Below, one piece after another: positions 55,383-64,000 of a DNA stretch of 64,000 bases (positions are counted from its first letter, which is position 1; each line of letters opens with the position of its first letter). The position numbers were made by a program, and so were the translations under genes. The stretch lies in contig JAFXVM010000003.1 in NCBI GenBank assembly GCA_017524525.1, forward strand, positions 1,836 to 65,835, in the 5' to 3' direction. The stretch comes from Alphaproteobacteria bacterium. GTDB taxonomy: Bacteria > Pseudomonadota > Alphaproteobacteria > Rs-D84. The notes under the pieces were generated by a model. It saw only the letters and a program-made list of their open reading frames with translations. It was not told the DNA's origin and did no database searches.

Positions 55383-56231
55383 ATGTTAAAAATAGACGAA
55401 GCTAAAATGAAAAAAATCATTCAACAAGAAAATGCTGCACGCGATAAAATACCACTTGTCCAGTTTTGGAGACAGGCTAAGTTTTACAAAGACACTTTTA
55501 TCTTGGAAGACGAATACCCAGAAATCGAAAAAGCAAAACTTTTGATTTCAAATGAAGAAATTGATGCAGACAAAGCCCCCAGAAAAATACACCCAAAATT
55601 ACAACCTGAACCTTTTGTCGGGGATTTGGCTTTGGCAAAATGTTTTGTTGTGACATTAAATCCACGCGCTGGGATTCCTTATGCCGAAGAATACAGAAAT
55701 TGGGAAAATCCGCTGTTGCAAAAAATTACAAAACAAAACATTATCCAAGACCGCAGAATGTACCCTTTTTATTATCTGGACCCAGAATTAGAAAATACTG
55801 GTGGTGGACAATGGTGGTTAAAAGCATTGGGTATTGATACAACAGATTCCCAAACATCAATTAAACAAACAATTGTACCAAATAAATACTTAAGACGATT
55901 GGTCGCAACACTGTTTTGTGATTTAGAATTATGCCCATATCATTCTAATCAATGGGATAACAAAAAATTAAAACAGTTGATTATCAACAAAAAATTAAAA
56001 TCGAGTCTTATGATAATAGATTTTATCAAAGAAATTATTCAAGACCCCGAAAAAACAATATTTATTCGTGGAGACAAAGACAGCGGTTATGCATCACAAA
56101 TTTTACAGCACTTTATCCCTGAATTAAAGCACGACCTGCCAAATGTTCATTACATATCTGGTCAGCGCGTATGGTTGCAGCCAACATCAAAAAATGGCAA
56201 AATATTGTTTGATAAAATTTTGAACCAATAA
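55383..56231 (+). CDS. Hypothetical 282-aa protein (faint UDG-superfamily-like motif order)
   Basis: The ATG at 55383 follows GAGGGA. FVVTLNPRAG ... ELCPYHS. No confident family assignment. Confidence 0.6.
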   Translation: MLKIDEAKMKKIIQQENAARDKIPLVQFWRQAKFYKDTFILEDEYPEIEKAKLLISNEEIDADKAPRKIHPKLQPEPFVGDLALAKCFVVTLNPRAGIPYAEEYRNWENPLLQKITKQNIIQDRRMYPFYYLDPELENTGGGQWWLKALGIDTTDSQTSIKQTIVPNKYLRRLVATLFCDLELCPYHSNQWDNKKLKQLIINKKLKSSLMIIDFIKEIIQDPEKTIFIRGDKDSGYASQILQHFIPELKHDLPNVHYISGQRVWLQPTSKNGKILFDKILNQ

Positions 56232-56256
56232 CAAATTTAACCAAAGGGACGAACCT

Positions 56257-56400
56257 ATGGCTTATATAGTAAGTTTTCGTGGACAAATTGTTGCTGGACC
56301 TTTTCCCATCGAAGGAATGGCAATAAATGCTGCTGTGAAGAAAGCAAAAGAACTTAACAACACATACCCAGTAAGCGAATTCAAAGTACAAAAAGTTTAA
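56257..56400 (+). CDS. Small hypothetical protein (47 aa)
   Basis: RBS AAAGGGA 6 nt before the ATG. Third ORF of the putative 55184 operon. Confidence 0.35.
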   Translation: MAYIVSFRGQIVAGPFPIEGMAINAAVKKAKELNNTYPVSEFKVQKV

Positions 56401-56405
56401 ATCTT

Positions 56406-57986
56406 TTAAACTCTTCCCTGCTTTCTGCGTATCACAGCATTCATATCCGCTTTGTTTTTTGATAATTGCTTTTCAGATTTTTGTCTGGATTGGGCGCGTG
56501 TTATCGCTTTTTGATAAAGGTTATCATATTTAACGCGACCATTATCCCCAGCAACACCATAGTTTTTGTAATATTTTATTGCTTGCTGATATTTTGCGAT
56601 GGCATCTTTGTATTTCCCAGCCGTTTCATAAACACTTCCTGCTTTATAGCACGCATTAGAATATGCCGACACTTCATCTGTTTCCAAAATCTTGTTAAAA
56701 TATTCCAAACTTTTATCATATTGTTGCAATTCAGCATAAGTCGCAGCAATATCATTTAACAAATCAGTTCCATAAACGCCCTGCTTTTCCATAGATAAAA
56801 ATTGTTTCAAAGCATCTTCATAATTGCCTTGACCAACAAAATGATTTGCTTTGGCATATTCGTCTTTGATTTCTTCTACGTTTTTGTCTTGTTTTTCTTG
56901 CACTACATAAGTAAAAAGTTTTTTTACATTTTTATCATTACATATTTCGCCAACTGTGAGACCTGGGACACTGGTATAAACAACATTAGAATAAGCCGCA
57001 GCCGTTTTTTCACACCATTCCTTGTAATTCCATTTGTTCAAAGTCGCTCTTTGAACATGTTTTGTTCCCAAACAAGACGAACGACGTCCAGGACACACAG
57101 AAAAATTCAGCATTTGTTCACATAAACTGTCTTGGTTTAAAAACACAGCCGCTTCATTTGCACATCTGTATTTAAACCCAGAATTTGACGCGACATTTCT
57201 GTCCCAAAACATAATAATATCAGCACACATCAATTTGTCTTTGTATTCTTTCTTGATTTTTGGAAAAATCGTATTGATAGTGCTGGGGTTATTATAAGCC
57301 ATACAGAATATCGCAGAAAATTCATTAGGTGTTAATTCACATCCTTGTAATTTTTCAAACATACGATCAAGGACTGTTTTATCACTTTTTACAAACTGCT
57401 TAGTTTTTGGATTCTGCGTCACCGTTCTGTATTTTGCCCAACCAATAACCAATTTCAACATGTCTGCATAAGTTATAGTTTTGTTTGCAAAAATCTTTTG
57501 ATTTGAAGCCAAATGATACCATTTTGCTTCTGGGTTATCGTAATCGTTTATGTCTAATGGCGAATAAGTCGAACCAACGCCAAATGTATTTTTTGTACCC
57601 CTGTATAAACCATGATCATCATAAGCAATCTTCATAGGAACTTCTTCTAAAATCAATTCTGCAAAAATTATGTTTAATGATTTATCGAACAGAGCATACA
57701 TATCTTCCACAGTGTTCAACTTCACAGGCGAATAATCCATCGGTTGCTGTAAAACTTTGACTTTTTGTGGTTCTTGCACAACATCTTGGGCGACCAATTC
57801 AGTTTGCTTTGGTGATTTATGTTGTGTTTTGACATCAGGCTTTTTCAAAGCATTTCCGCCAAACACCAACCCGCCAACCAATGCAGCCCCCGCAACTATA
57901 CGTTTAGCCTTGCTTGGTTTTACAACTTTTTTAACTGTGTTTTTTATTTTTTGAATTGCTGATTTAACTTTCTTTTGTTCAGCCAT
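56406..57986 (-). CDS. Membrane-anchored GH24 (phage-type) lysozyme domain protein with C-terminal TPR repeats
   Basis: Start at MAEQKK (AAGGAGAA upstream). Gly/Ala-rich anchor IVAGAALVGGLVFGGNAL. EEVPMKIAYDDHG...TFGVGST fits the E-x8-D...T-[IF]-G-V-G signature of T4/P22 lysozymes. NEFSAIFCMAYN. TPR-like GNYEDALKQF..., YDKSLEYFNKIL..., GKYKDAIAKYQQAI. Confidence 0.75.
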   Translation of the reverse strand: MAEQKKVKSAIQKIKNTVKKVVKPSKAKRIVAGAALVGGLVFGGNALKKPDVKTQHKSPKQTELVAQDVVQEPQKVKVLQQPMDYSPVKLNTVEDMYALFDKSLNIIFAELILEEVPMKIAYDDHGLYRGTKNTFGVGSTYSPLDINDYDNPEAKWYHLASNQKIFANKTITYADMLKLVIGWAKYRTVTQNPKTKQFVKSDKTVLDRMFEKLQGCELTPNEFSAIFCMAYNNPSTINTIFPKIKKEYKDKLMCADIIMFWDRNVASNSGFKYRCANEAAVFLNQDSLCEQMLNFSVCPGRRSSCLGTKHVQRATLNKWNYKEWCEKTAAAYSNVVYTSVPGLTVGEICNDKNVKKLFTYVVQEKQDKNVEEIKDEYAKANHFVGQGNYEDALKQFLSMEKQGVYGTDLLNDIAATYAELQQYDKSLEYFNKILETDEVSAYSNACYKAGSVYETAGKYKDAIAKYQQAIKYYKNYGVAGDNGRVKYDNLYQKAITRAQSRQKSEKQLSKNKADMNAVIRRKQGRV

Positions 57987-58025
57987 AATTTTCTCCTTAA
58001 ACTTATACATTCATTATAGTACATT

Positions 58026-58763
58026 TTAAAGAGATTTCAAAATATCCGTTTTAAAATTTGCAAAACCGTCATGTGACGCAGATTTTATGATGATAATATC
58101 TTTTTCATCCGCCCATTGTTTTACCAAACTTTCAGGAACGTTTTCATCGCGCCCCCCAACAAAATGCTTTTGCGGAACAGACGGCAATTTTTCCATATTC
58201 AAAGATTTATTTAATGGTTCGTCTTTGTGATAATCAGTCCATTGTTTGTGATTTAACACCCCCGCGACAGTAATCCATTTATCAAACTTTAATTTTGGGT
58301 TTTGATTTATTACCAACCCCGAAACCATAGCCCCCCCAGAATAACCAATCAAAACAATATGTTTATTTTTCGCAATTTGTTTTATGGCGTTGCTTTGAGC
58401 ATCTATGATTTTTTTGGAAAACCTGCCATTTGTCCAATCGCTTTCGTCGCAATTTTTATCCATTATAAATTGACAAACCCGCGCCATATAAACAACATTT
58501 TCAAAACCATCAGCCGCCGCCAAATCACGAACAAAAGTTCCACGTGGCGTTGGATTATTTGTCGGTTGGCCATACGCATCAAAAGCGTACCCATCACCTT
58601 CGATATAAATATGAACAGTATTATTTTTTGGATTATTTATCTTTTGCCAAGTTGCGATTTCATAAGTATCTGTTTGAATTGGCGCATACACAAACCCATC
58701 AGGCGCACCCCAATTTACACCACCACACGCAGTTAACAACAAAAACAACACAACCCGCTTCAT
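58026..58763 (-). CDS. Alpha/beta-hydrolase lipoprotein
   Basis: Start set at MKRVVLFLLLTAC (lipobox). Nucleophile elbow LIGYSGGA. The listed longer ORF starts at 58793. Confidence 0.65.
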   Translation of the reverse strand: MKRVVLFLLLTACGGVNWGAPDGFVYAPIQTDTYEIATWQKINNPKNNTVHIYIEGDGYAFDAYGQPTNNPTPRGTFVRDLAAADGFENVVYMARVCQFIMDKNCDESDWTNGRFSKKIIDAQSNAIKQIAKNKHIVLIGYSGGAMVSGLVINQNPKLKFDKWITVAGVLNHKQWTDYHKDEPLNKSLNMEKLPSVPQKHFVGGRDENVPESLVKQWADEKDIIIIKSASHDGFANFKTDILKSL

Positions 58764-58960
58764 ACCCCCATAATCGCATTTCTGCACAAACAATTCAAGG
58801 GAATAAAAGTGTTACACAAGAGATCAAAAAAACAACCATTAGTATTCATGCCCATTTAACGTAAAATAAAAAAATTTTTGCATTACTGGAAAACGATTTT
58901 TTTTGTGTTATAATCAGCCCTGTTGATAAAAAACAACACTATCAAAAAAGGAAAAATATC

Positions 58961-60199
58961 ATGAAAATTAAACCATTTGCTGGGGTTCGCCCACCGAAAG
59001 AATTGGCAAAAGAAGTTGCTTCACGTCCTTATGATGTTTTGAATTCTGTCGAAGCAAAAAACGAAGCCGGTGAAAAATCTTTATTGCATATCATTAAACC
59101 AGAAATTGATTTTGACCCAATTGCTGATGAACACGAACAAAAAACTTATGACAAAGCAGTTGAAAACTTCAAAAAATGGCAAGAAAACGGTTGGTTAAAC
59201 CAAGATGCCAAAGAAATGTATTATATTTACGCTCAAACTATGGACGGGCGTACTCAATATGGCTTGGTCGCTGCCGCTAATGTAGACGATTATATGACTG
59301 GCAAAATTAAAAAACATGAATTGACCAGAAAAGAAAAAGAAGACGATCGTATGATTCACGTTCGTATTCAAAACGCTAATTTGGAACCAGTGTTTTTTGC
59401 ATATCCTGATGTTGCTGAAATGAATGATTTGGTTGCAGATTGGATTAAAAATCATGAACCAGAATATGACTTTGTTGCCGAAGACGGCTTTGGACATACT
59501 TTCTGGAAAATTGATGACGATGCAACAAACGCACGCATTACAGAAATATTTGCAAAAGTTCCTGCATTCTATGTTGCTGATGGACACCACAGAACAGCCG
59601 CAGCCGCACGTGTGGGTGCTGAAAAACGCGAACAAAATCCAAATCACACAGGCAACGAAGAATACAACTACTTCTTGGCTGTGATTTTCCCAGAAAGCCA
59701 ATTGCATGTTATCGATTACAACCGCGTAGTCAAAGATTTAAACGGATTAACACCTGAACAATTTATTGAAAAATTGCGCGAATCTTTTGATGTAGTTGAA
59801 ATGGGTGCCGATATTTATCATCCAAATAAATTACATAACTTTTCAATGTATTTGGGCGGCAAATGGTATTCTTTGACTGCCAAAGCAGGCACATATAATG
59901 ATAACGATCCAATCGGCGTTCTAGATGTGACTGTATTATCTAATTTGGTATTTGATAAAATATTGAACCTTGGCGATTTAAGAACATCTAAACGAATCGA
60001 TTTCGTTGGTGGAATTCGCGGACTTGGCGAATTGAAAAAACGCGTAGATTCTGGCGAAATGGCTGTTGCGTTTGCTTTGTATCCTGTGACAATGCGTCAA
60101 ATTATTGACATCGCAGATACAGGCAACATTATGCCACCAAAGACAACTTGGTTTGAACCAAAATTGCGCAGTGGTTTAGTAATTCATAAACTATCATAA
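58961..60199 (+). CDS. DUF1015 family protein
   Basis: MKIKPFAGVRP...SRPYDVL N-terminus and the ADGHHR motif. Confidence 0.85.
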   Translation: MKIKPFAGVRPPKELAKEVASRPYDVLNSVEAKNEAGEKSLLHIIKPEIDFDPIADEHEQKTYDKAVENFKKWQENGWLNQDAKEMYYIYAQTMDGRTQYGLVAAANVDDYMTGKIKKHELTRKEKEDDRMIHVRIQNANLEPVFFAYPDVAEMNDLVADWIKNHEPEYDFVAEDGFGHTFWKIDDDATNARITEIFAKVPAFYVADGHHRTAAAARVGAEKREQNPNHTGNEEYNYFLAVIFPESQLHVIDYNRVVKDLNGLTPEQFIEKLRESFDVVEMGADIYHPNKLHNFSMYLGGKWYSLTAKAGTYNDNDPIGVLDVTVLSNLVFDKILNLGDLRTSKRIDFVGGIRGLGELKKRVDSGEMAVAFALYPVTMRQIIDIADTGNIMPPKTTWFEPKLRSGLVIHKLS

Positions 60200-60214
60200 A
60201 ATCCACAAGCAAAA

Positions 60215-60243
60215 TAAAAACCGCCAAAACGGCGGTTTTTTTA
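60215..60243. terminator. Bidirectional intrinsic terminator
   Basis: ACCGCC-AAAAC-GGCGGT flanked by an A-run and a T-run. Confidence 0.75.
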
Positions 60244-60257
60244 TAAAACATTTTTTA

Positions 60258-60707
60258 TTAAAATGGAATATCATCTGCAATATCTTCAATATTAACTTCT
60301 TCGCGTGGCGCAGCCGCAACCGAAGCAGAACCTTCTGCTGAATTATCTGCTGTCTTGGCGCCAGACAAAATCACCATTTGACCAGCATACGGATTTAACA
60401 CAACCTCTGTCGTGAAAGTGTCAACCCCCTGCTGATTTTGCCATTTACGAGTACGCAGAGAACCTTCCAAATATAATTTTGTTCCCTTTTGCAACATACG
60501 TTCTGCAACTTCTATCAACGCAGGATTAAAAATAACAACACGATGCCATTCTGTCTGTTCTTTCTGTTCACCAGTTTGTCTATCACGCCATCTGTCAGAT
60601 GTGGCCAAAGAAAAACTTACCACTTTTTGTCCAGATTGCATAGTGCGAACCTGAGGTTCTTGACCGATATTACCAACTAATATAACTTTATTTATACTGC
60701 CTGCCAT
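60258..60707 (-). CDS. ssb: Single-stranded DNA-binding protein
   Basis: [18 protein letters not shown] fold and the acidic tail ending DDIPF. Confidence 0.96.
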   Translation of the reverse strand: MAGSINKVILVGNIGQEPQVRTMQSGQKVVSFSLATSDRWRDRQTGEQKEQTEWHRVVIFNPALIEVAERMLQKGTKLYLEGSLRTRKWQNQQGVDTFTTEVVLNPYAGQMVILSGAKTADNSAEGSASVAAAPREEVNIEDIADDIPF

Positions 60708-60773
60708 TTCTTACTTCCTTTGTTAAGTATCTTCTATGTATCAATGATTGCGAAAAAAAAGAATAAATACAAG

Positions 60774-60803
60774 AAAAAAACGCGCCAAAATAGTGGCGCG
60801 TTA
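60774..60803 (-). terminator. Intrinsic terminator after carD
   Basis: CGCGCCA/TGGCGCG stem with a T-run on the minus strand. Confidence 0.65.
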
Positions 60804-60807
60804 AAAC

Positions 60808-61371
60808 TTATTCTTCATCGGTTTCATCAACCTCTTCTTCGTCTTCATCGGTTGCATTTAAATCAATTTCTTTTGGCACACCTAAAATATCTTCAATTTT
60901 GTCAGATGCTTCATCTAAATCCATTTTGTGCAAAATTGCGAATTCTTGCGCCATACGTTCAAGCGCGCGCAAATACAACTGGCGCGCAGAGAAAGTCATA
61001 GTGTCTGTCGCCGTACGTCTTTGTAAGTCACGCACAACTTCTGCCAATTTCATAGGATCGCCAGAATTAATGTTTTCTTCGTATTGCGCAGCACGTCTTG
61101 CCCAAATCATACGTTTTGCCCCAGCCTTGCCCTTAGCCGCTGCTATTGCTTCATCCATCTTCCTTGCGCTTGACAAAGGGCGCAAACCAGAAATTTCAGC
61201 ACGTTCAACCGGCACACGCAAAGTCATATGATTTCTGTCGAAATCAATAACCATCATTTTTATCTTTTGATTGCCAATTGTCTGTTCTTCTATACGAATC
61301 AATTTACCAACACCTTGGGTTGGATAAACAACATATTGACCTGTTTTAAAATCTAATTTTTTTGTCGGCAT
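60808..61371 (-). CDS. carD: CarD-family RNA-polymerase-binding transcription regulator
   Basis: FKTGQYVVYPTQGVGKLIRIEEQ (CarD/TRCF-RID domain). Acidic C-terminal tail. Confidence 0.9.
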   Translation of the reverse strand: MPTKKLDFKTGQYVVYPTQGVGKLIRIEEQTIGNQKIKMMVIDFDRNHMTLRVPVERAEISGLRPLSSARKMDEAIAAAKGKAGAKRMIWARRAAQYEENINSGDPMKLAEVVRDLQRRTATDTMTFSARQLYLRALERMAQEFAILHKMDLDEASDKIEDILGVPKEIDLNATDEDEEEVDETDEE

Positions 61372-61457
61372 ATTTTACACACCTTTGCGGTTGCCATCCT
61401 CTCTATATTTGGCATTATAACACAAAAAACCGAAAAAACAAATTTTTGTCTAAAAAA

Positions 61458-61889
61458 TTATTGACCCAGACCAGCTGGCGAAAAACGCCCGATATTATTA
61501 AACAATTCTTCCAGCGCATTCAGTTCAATTGCCGCAGGTATCTTAGTTTCACCATCTGCAATTTTAACATCCTTCAAATCGTCATCATGTAAAACCTGAG
61601 TTTTTAATACCCGCCCATTTTTAACCCACGCCAAAAGCACAGTTTTATTATCGTAAGTAATCGGGAAAGGTCCATGCATATTTTCATCAGCACTGTAATA
61701 AACCCAAACTTCATCACCATAGATAGTACGTGTCTGTGGGTCGCCAATTTCTTCTTGTAATTGAGACGTAGTTTTTATGTTTGCAACTTTACTTTCCAAA
61801 TCTTCTGGGAAAACATATCCACGATGTTTAGTTTGAAATGTACAGCCTGCCATTACAACACACAATAAAACCAAAATTATTTTTTTCAT
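61458..61889 (-). CDS. bamE: Outer membrane protein assembly factor BamE (SmpA/OmlA)
   Basis: Start set at MKKIILVLLCVVMAGC (lipobox). ~140-aa SmpA/OmlA-like body. Confidence 0.7.
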   Translation of the reverse strand: MKKIILVLLCVVMAGCTFQTKHRGYVFPEDLESKVANIKTTSQLQEEIGDPQTRTIYGDEVWVYYSADENMHGPFPITYDNKTVLLAWVKNGRVLKTQVLHDDDLKDVKIADGETKIPAAIELNALEELFNNIGRFSPAGLGQ

Positions 61890-61893
61890 TTTT

Positions 61894-64000
61894 CTACCCC
61901 TCCCCGTTATCTTTGTTCTTTTGAACTGTGAAATTCGCAATATGCTGTTTCAATTCTGTCTTGTACAAATTGTTCGCCTTGGCTTCTTCAACCAGTCTGT
62001 CAAAATTAGGATTTACAGAACGCGCCAGCGCGAATCGAGTCTCGCTTTTCATAAATTCTTCCAACGGGAAAGGATTATCAACATGCGAATCCAAGGTCAA
62101 CGGATTTTGACCATTTTCTATATTTGCAGGATTAAATCTGTAAAGTGGCCATGCGCCCGTATTCACTAGATTAGTTTGATGTTCTACACCATTTTGCAGC
62201 GCAAAACCATGTGCAATGCATGGCGCATACGCTAAAATAATTGACGGACCATTGAAAGCGGCTGCTTCGCGGAAAGCACGAATTGCTTGAGCCTGGTTTG
62301 CACCCAGTGCGATTTGCGCAACATAAGCCCCAGACATCATGGCAATCATCCCCAAATCTTTTTTTGCGTGTTCTTTGCCACCAATAGCAAATTTCATCGA
62401 CGCCCCAAACGGTGTAGATTTAGATTGTTGACCGCCAGTATTTGAATATCCTTCGGTATCCAATACAAGTATGTTTACATTTTCACCACTATGTAAAATA
62501 TGATCAACACCGCCATAACCAATATCATAAGCCCAACCATCACCACCAACTATCCACAAAGATTTATCAACAACCGCATCCAGCAAACTTTCCGCATACC
62601 GCGCACGCGGATTTTCAACTTTGGCTAGTTTCTGTTGTAAATCTTTTTGAACTTTGCGTTGTTCTTCTGTGCCAGTCGTTGACATAATACCTTCTACATT
62701 GTCTATGCCCAGTTCAAACAAAACCGAACGCAAAGCACTGCGTCTTTGATTCAAAGCGATTCGCATACCTAAACCATATTCAGCATTATCTTCAAACAAA
62801 GAATTAGACCACGCAGGTCCGCGTCCGTTTGAATCACTGCACCATGGTGTTGTTGGTAAATTACCACCATAAATCGAAGAACACCCTGTTGCATTTGCAA
62901 CAACCATTTTATCCCCAAATAATTGCGCCATCAAACGAATATAAGGCGTTTCACCACAACCAGCACAAGCCCCAGGAAATTCAAAATAATGAGGCAACAA
63001 TTCAACATGCTTTGGAATATTTAAATTTAATTTTGATTTATCAAAATCAGGAATTTTTAATGCAGCATCAAAAGCCTTTTGGTTTTTAATTCCTTCGTTC
63101 ATTGGCACCATAGTCAAAGCAGACACAGGACAATTTTTCATACACAAACCGCAACCTGTGCAATCAGCAGGTGATATATTCAAAGTATAAAACAGCCCTG
63201 CCCCCAATTCAGGTGTCTTCATTGGCACAACCGTTACGCCATTTGCACGCGCTTTTTCCATTTCTTGTTCGCTCATGACTTTTATACGAATCGCACCATG
63301 CGGACAAAGCATTGAACATTTACCACATTGAATACATTTACTTAAATCACACGTTGCGACACGATTTGATATTGCTCGCTTTTCATATTTTGAAGTTCCA
63401 ACAGGATACTGCCCACCACCAAAAATTCCATCTAATTTGAAACGCGATACAGGAATGTCGTCCCCGCGTCCTGCTGCCATTTCACCCAAAGTCCCTGCAA
63501 TCTCAGCAGGTGCATCCGCAGTCATCGCAGGTATAAAATCAGGCGCAAATTCAGAAACAGAAGATGGGAAACTATATTTTTTCAAATAACTTTCCGCTTT
63601 GTCAACCGCCGCCCAATTGGCTTGCACTACATCCATACCTTTTTTCTTATAAGTTTTTTCAATAGCGGCCTTGGCTGCTTCCTTCGCTTTTTCAGGATTA
63701 ATAACTTTTGTTAAATTAAAGAAATTCAACATAATGAAAGTATTAATTCTGTTTCCTAAGCCTAACTCTGCTGCCGCTGTATTAGCATCCAAGAAATACA
63801 AATTAGCACGCATACGAATCAAATGTTCTTGGGCATCACGTGGCAAATTCATAAACGCTTCATCTGGCGACAACGACGTGTTAATCATCACTGTACCCCC
63901 AGCACGCAAAGATGCGAATACATCAAACCTTTGTGCAATCATAAAATTAGACACACATATAAAATCTGCGCTTTCTACCAAATATTCGCTTTTAATCGGT
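61894..64000 (-). CDS. nifJ: Pyruvate:ferredoxin (flavodoxin) oxidoreductase, C-terminal ~700 aa (5' end beyond the window)
   Basis: Two ferredoxin-type 4Fe-4S motifs (CIQCGKCSMLCP, CTGCGLCMKNCP). TPP-binding region GGDGWAYDIGYGG. The frame stays open to base 64000. Confidence 0.93.
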   Translation of the reverse strand, partial: PIKSEYLVESADFICVSNFMIAQRFDVFASLRAGGTVMINTSLSPDEAFMNLPRDAQEHLIRMRANLYFLDANTAAAELGLGNRINTFIMLNFFNLTKVINPEKAKEAAKAAIEKTYKKKGMDVVQANWAAVDKAESYLKKYSFPSSVSEFAPDFIPAMTADAPAEIAGTLGEMAAGRGDDIPVSRFKLDGIFGGGQYPVGTSKYEKRAISNRVATCDLSKCIQCGKCSMLCPHGAIRIKVMSEQEMEKARANGVTVVPMKTPELGAGLFYTLNISPADCTGCGLCMKNCPVSALTMVPMNEGIKNQKAFDAALKIPDFDKSKLNLNIPKHVELLPHYFEFPGACAGCGETPYIRLMAQLFGDKMVVANATGCSSIYGGNLPTTPWCSDSNGRGPAWSNSLFEDNAEYGLGMRIALNQRRSALRSVLFELGIDNVEGIMSTTGTEEQRKVQKDLQQKLAKVENPRARYAESLLDAVVDKSLWIVGGDGWAYDIGYGGVDHILHSGENVNILVLDTEGYSNTGGQQSKSTPFGASMKFAIGGKEHAKKDLGMIAMMSGAYVAQIALGANQAQAIRAFREAAAFNGPSIILAYAPCIAHGFALQNGVEHQTNLVNTGAWPLYRFNPANIENGQNPLTLDSHVDNPFPLEEFMKSETRFALARSVNPNFDRLVEEAKANNLYKTELKQHIANFTVQKNKDNGEG

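Overview
Compact, visibly AT-rich Gram-negative chromosome segment of about 65 genes. Gene content and order (ftsH-tilS, carD, rpsF-rpsR-rplI, DUF374, lptC-lptB, bamE) fit a small, host-associated, probably alphaproteobacterial genome. A pyruvate:ferredoxin oxidoreductase and a choloylglycine-hydrolase-type enzyme hint at an anaerobic, gut-type niche. Housekeeping genes (pth, polA, recO, tpiA, grpE, rho, eno, groES/EL, ssb and others) are interleaved with many envelope or secreted proteins. These include two giant autotransporter-type proteins, OmpA-family proteins and phage-type muramidases. The most unusual protein content is a recurrent family of signal-peptide proteins built on a C-x6/7-C-x4-C cysteine module that I cannot assign to any known family. 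It occurs at 5 ORFs in 3 regions, including a 3-gene operon at 15990-20132. Two tRNAs (Pro-UGG, Gln-CUG) are each followed by a homologous ~0.2 kb module: hairpin, inverted copy of the tRNA 3' half, conserved core, then a 16-nt direct repeat of the tRNA 3' end. Dispersed terminator-associated repeats with covarying stems follow these modules. tRNA-Gln also borders a small phage-like islet (FtsK-gamma wHTH, unknown 283-aa protein, SAR-like GH24 lysozyme-TPR protein). No rRNA, CRISPR array, transposase or integrase gene was seen. All functional calls come from motif recognition by eye, with no database search.
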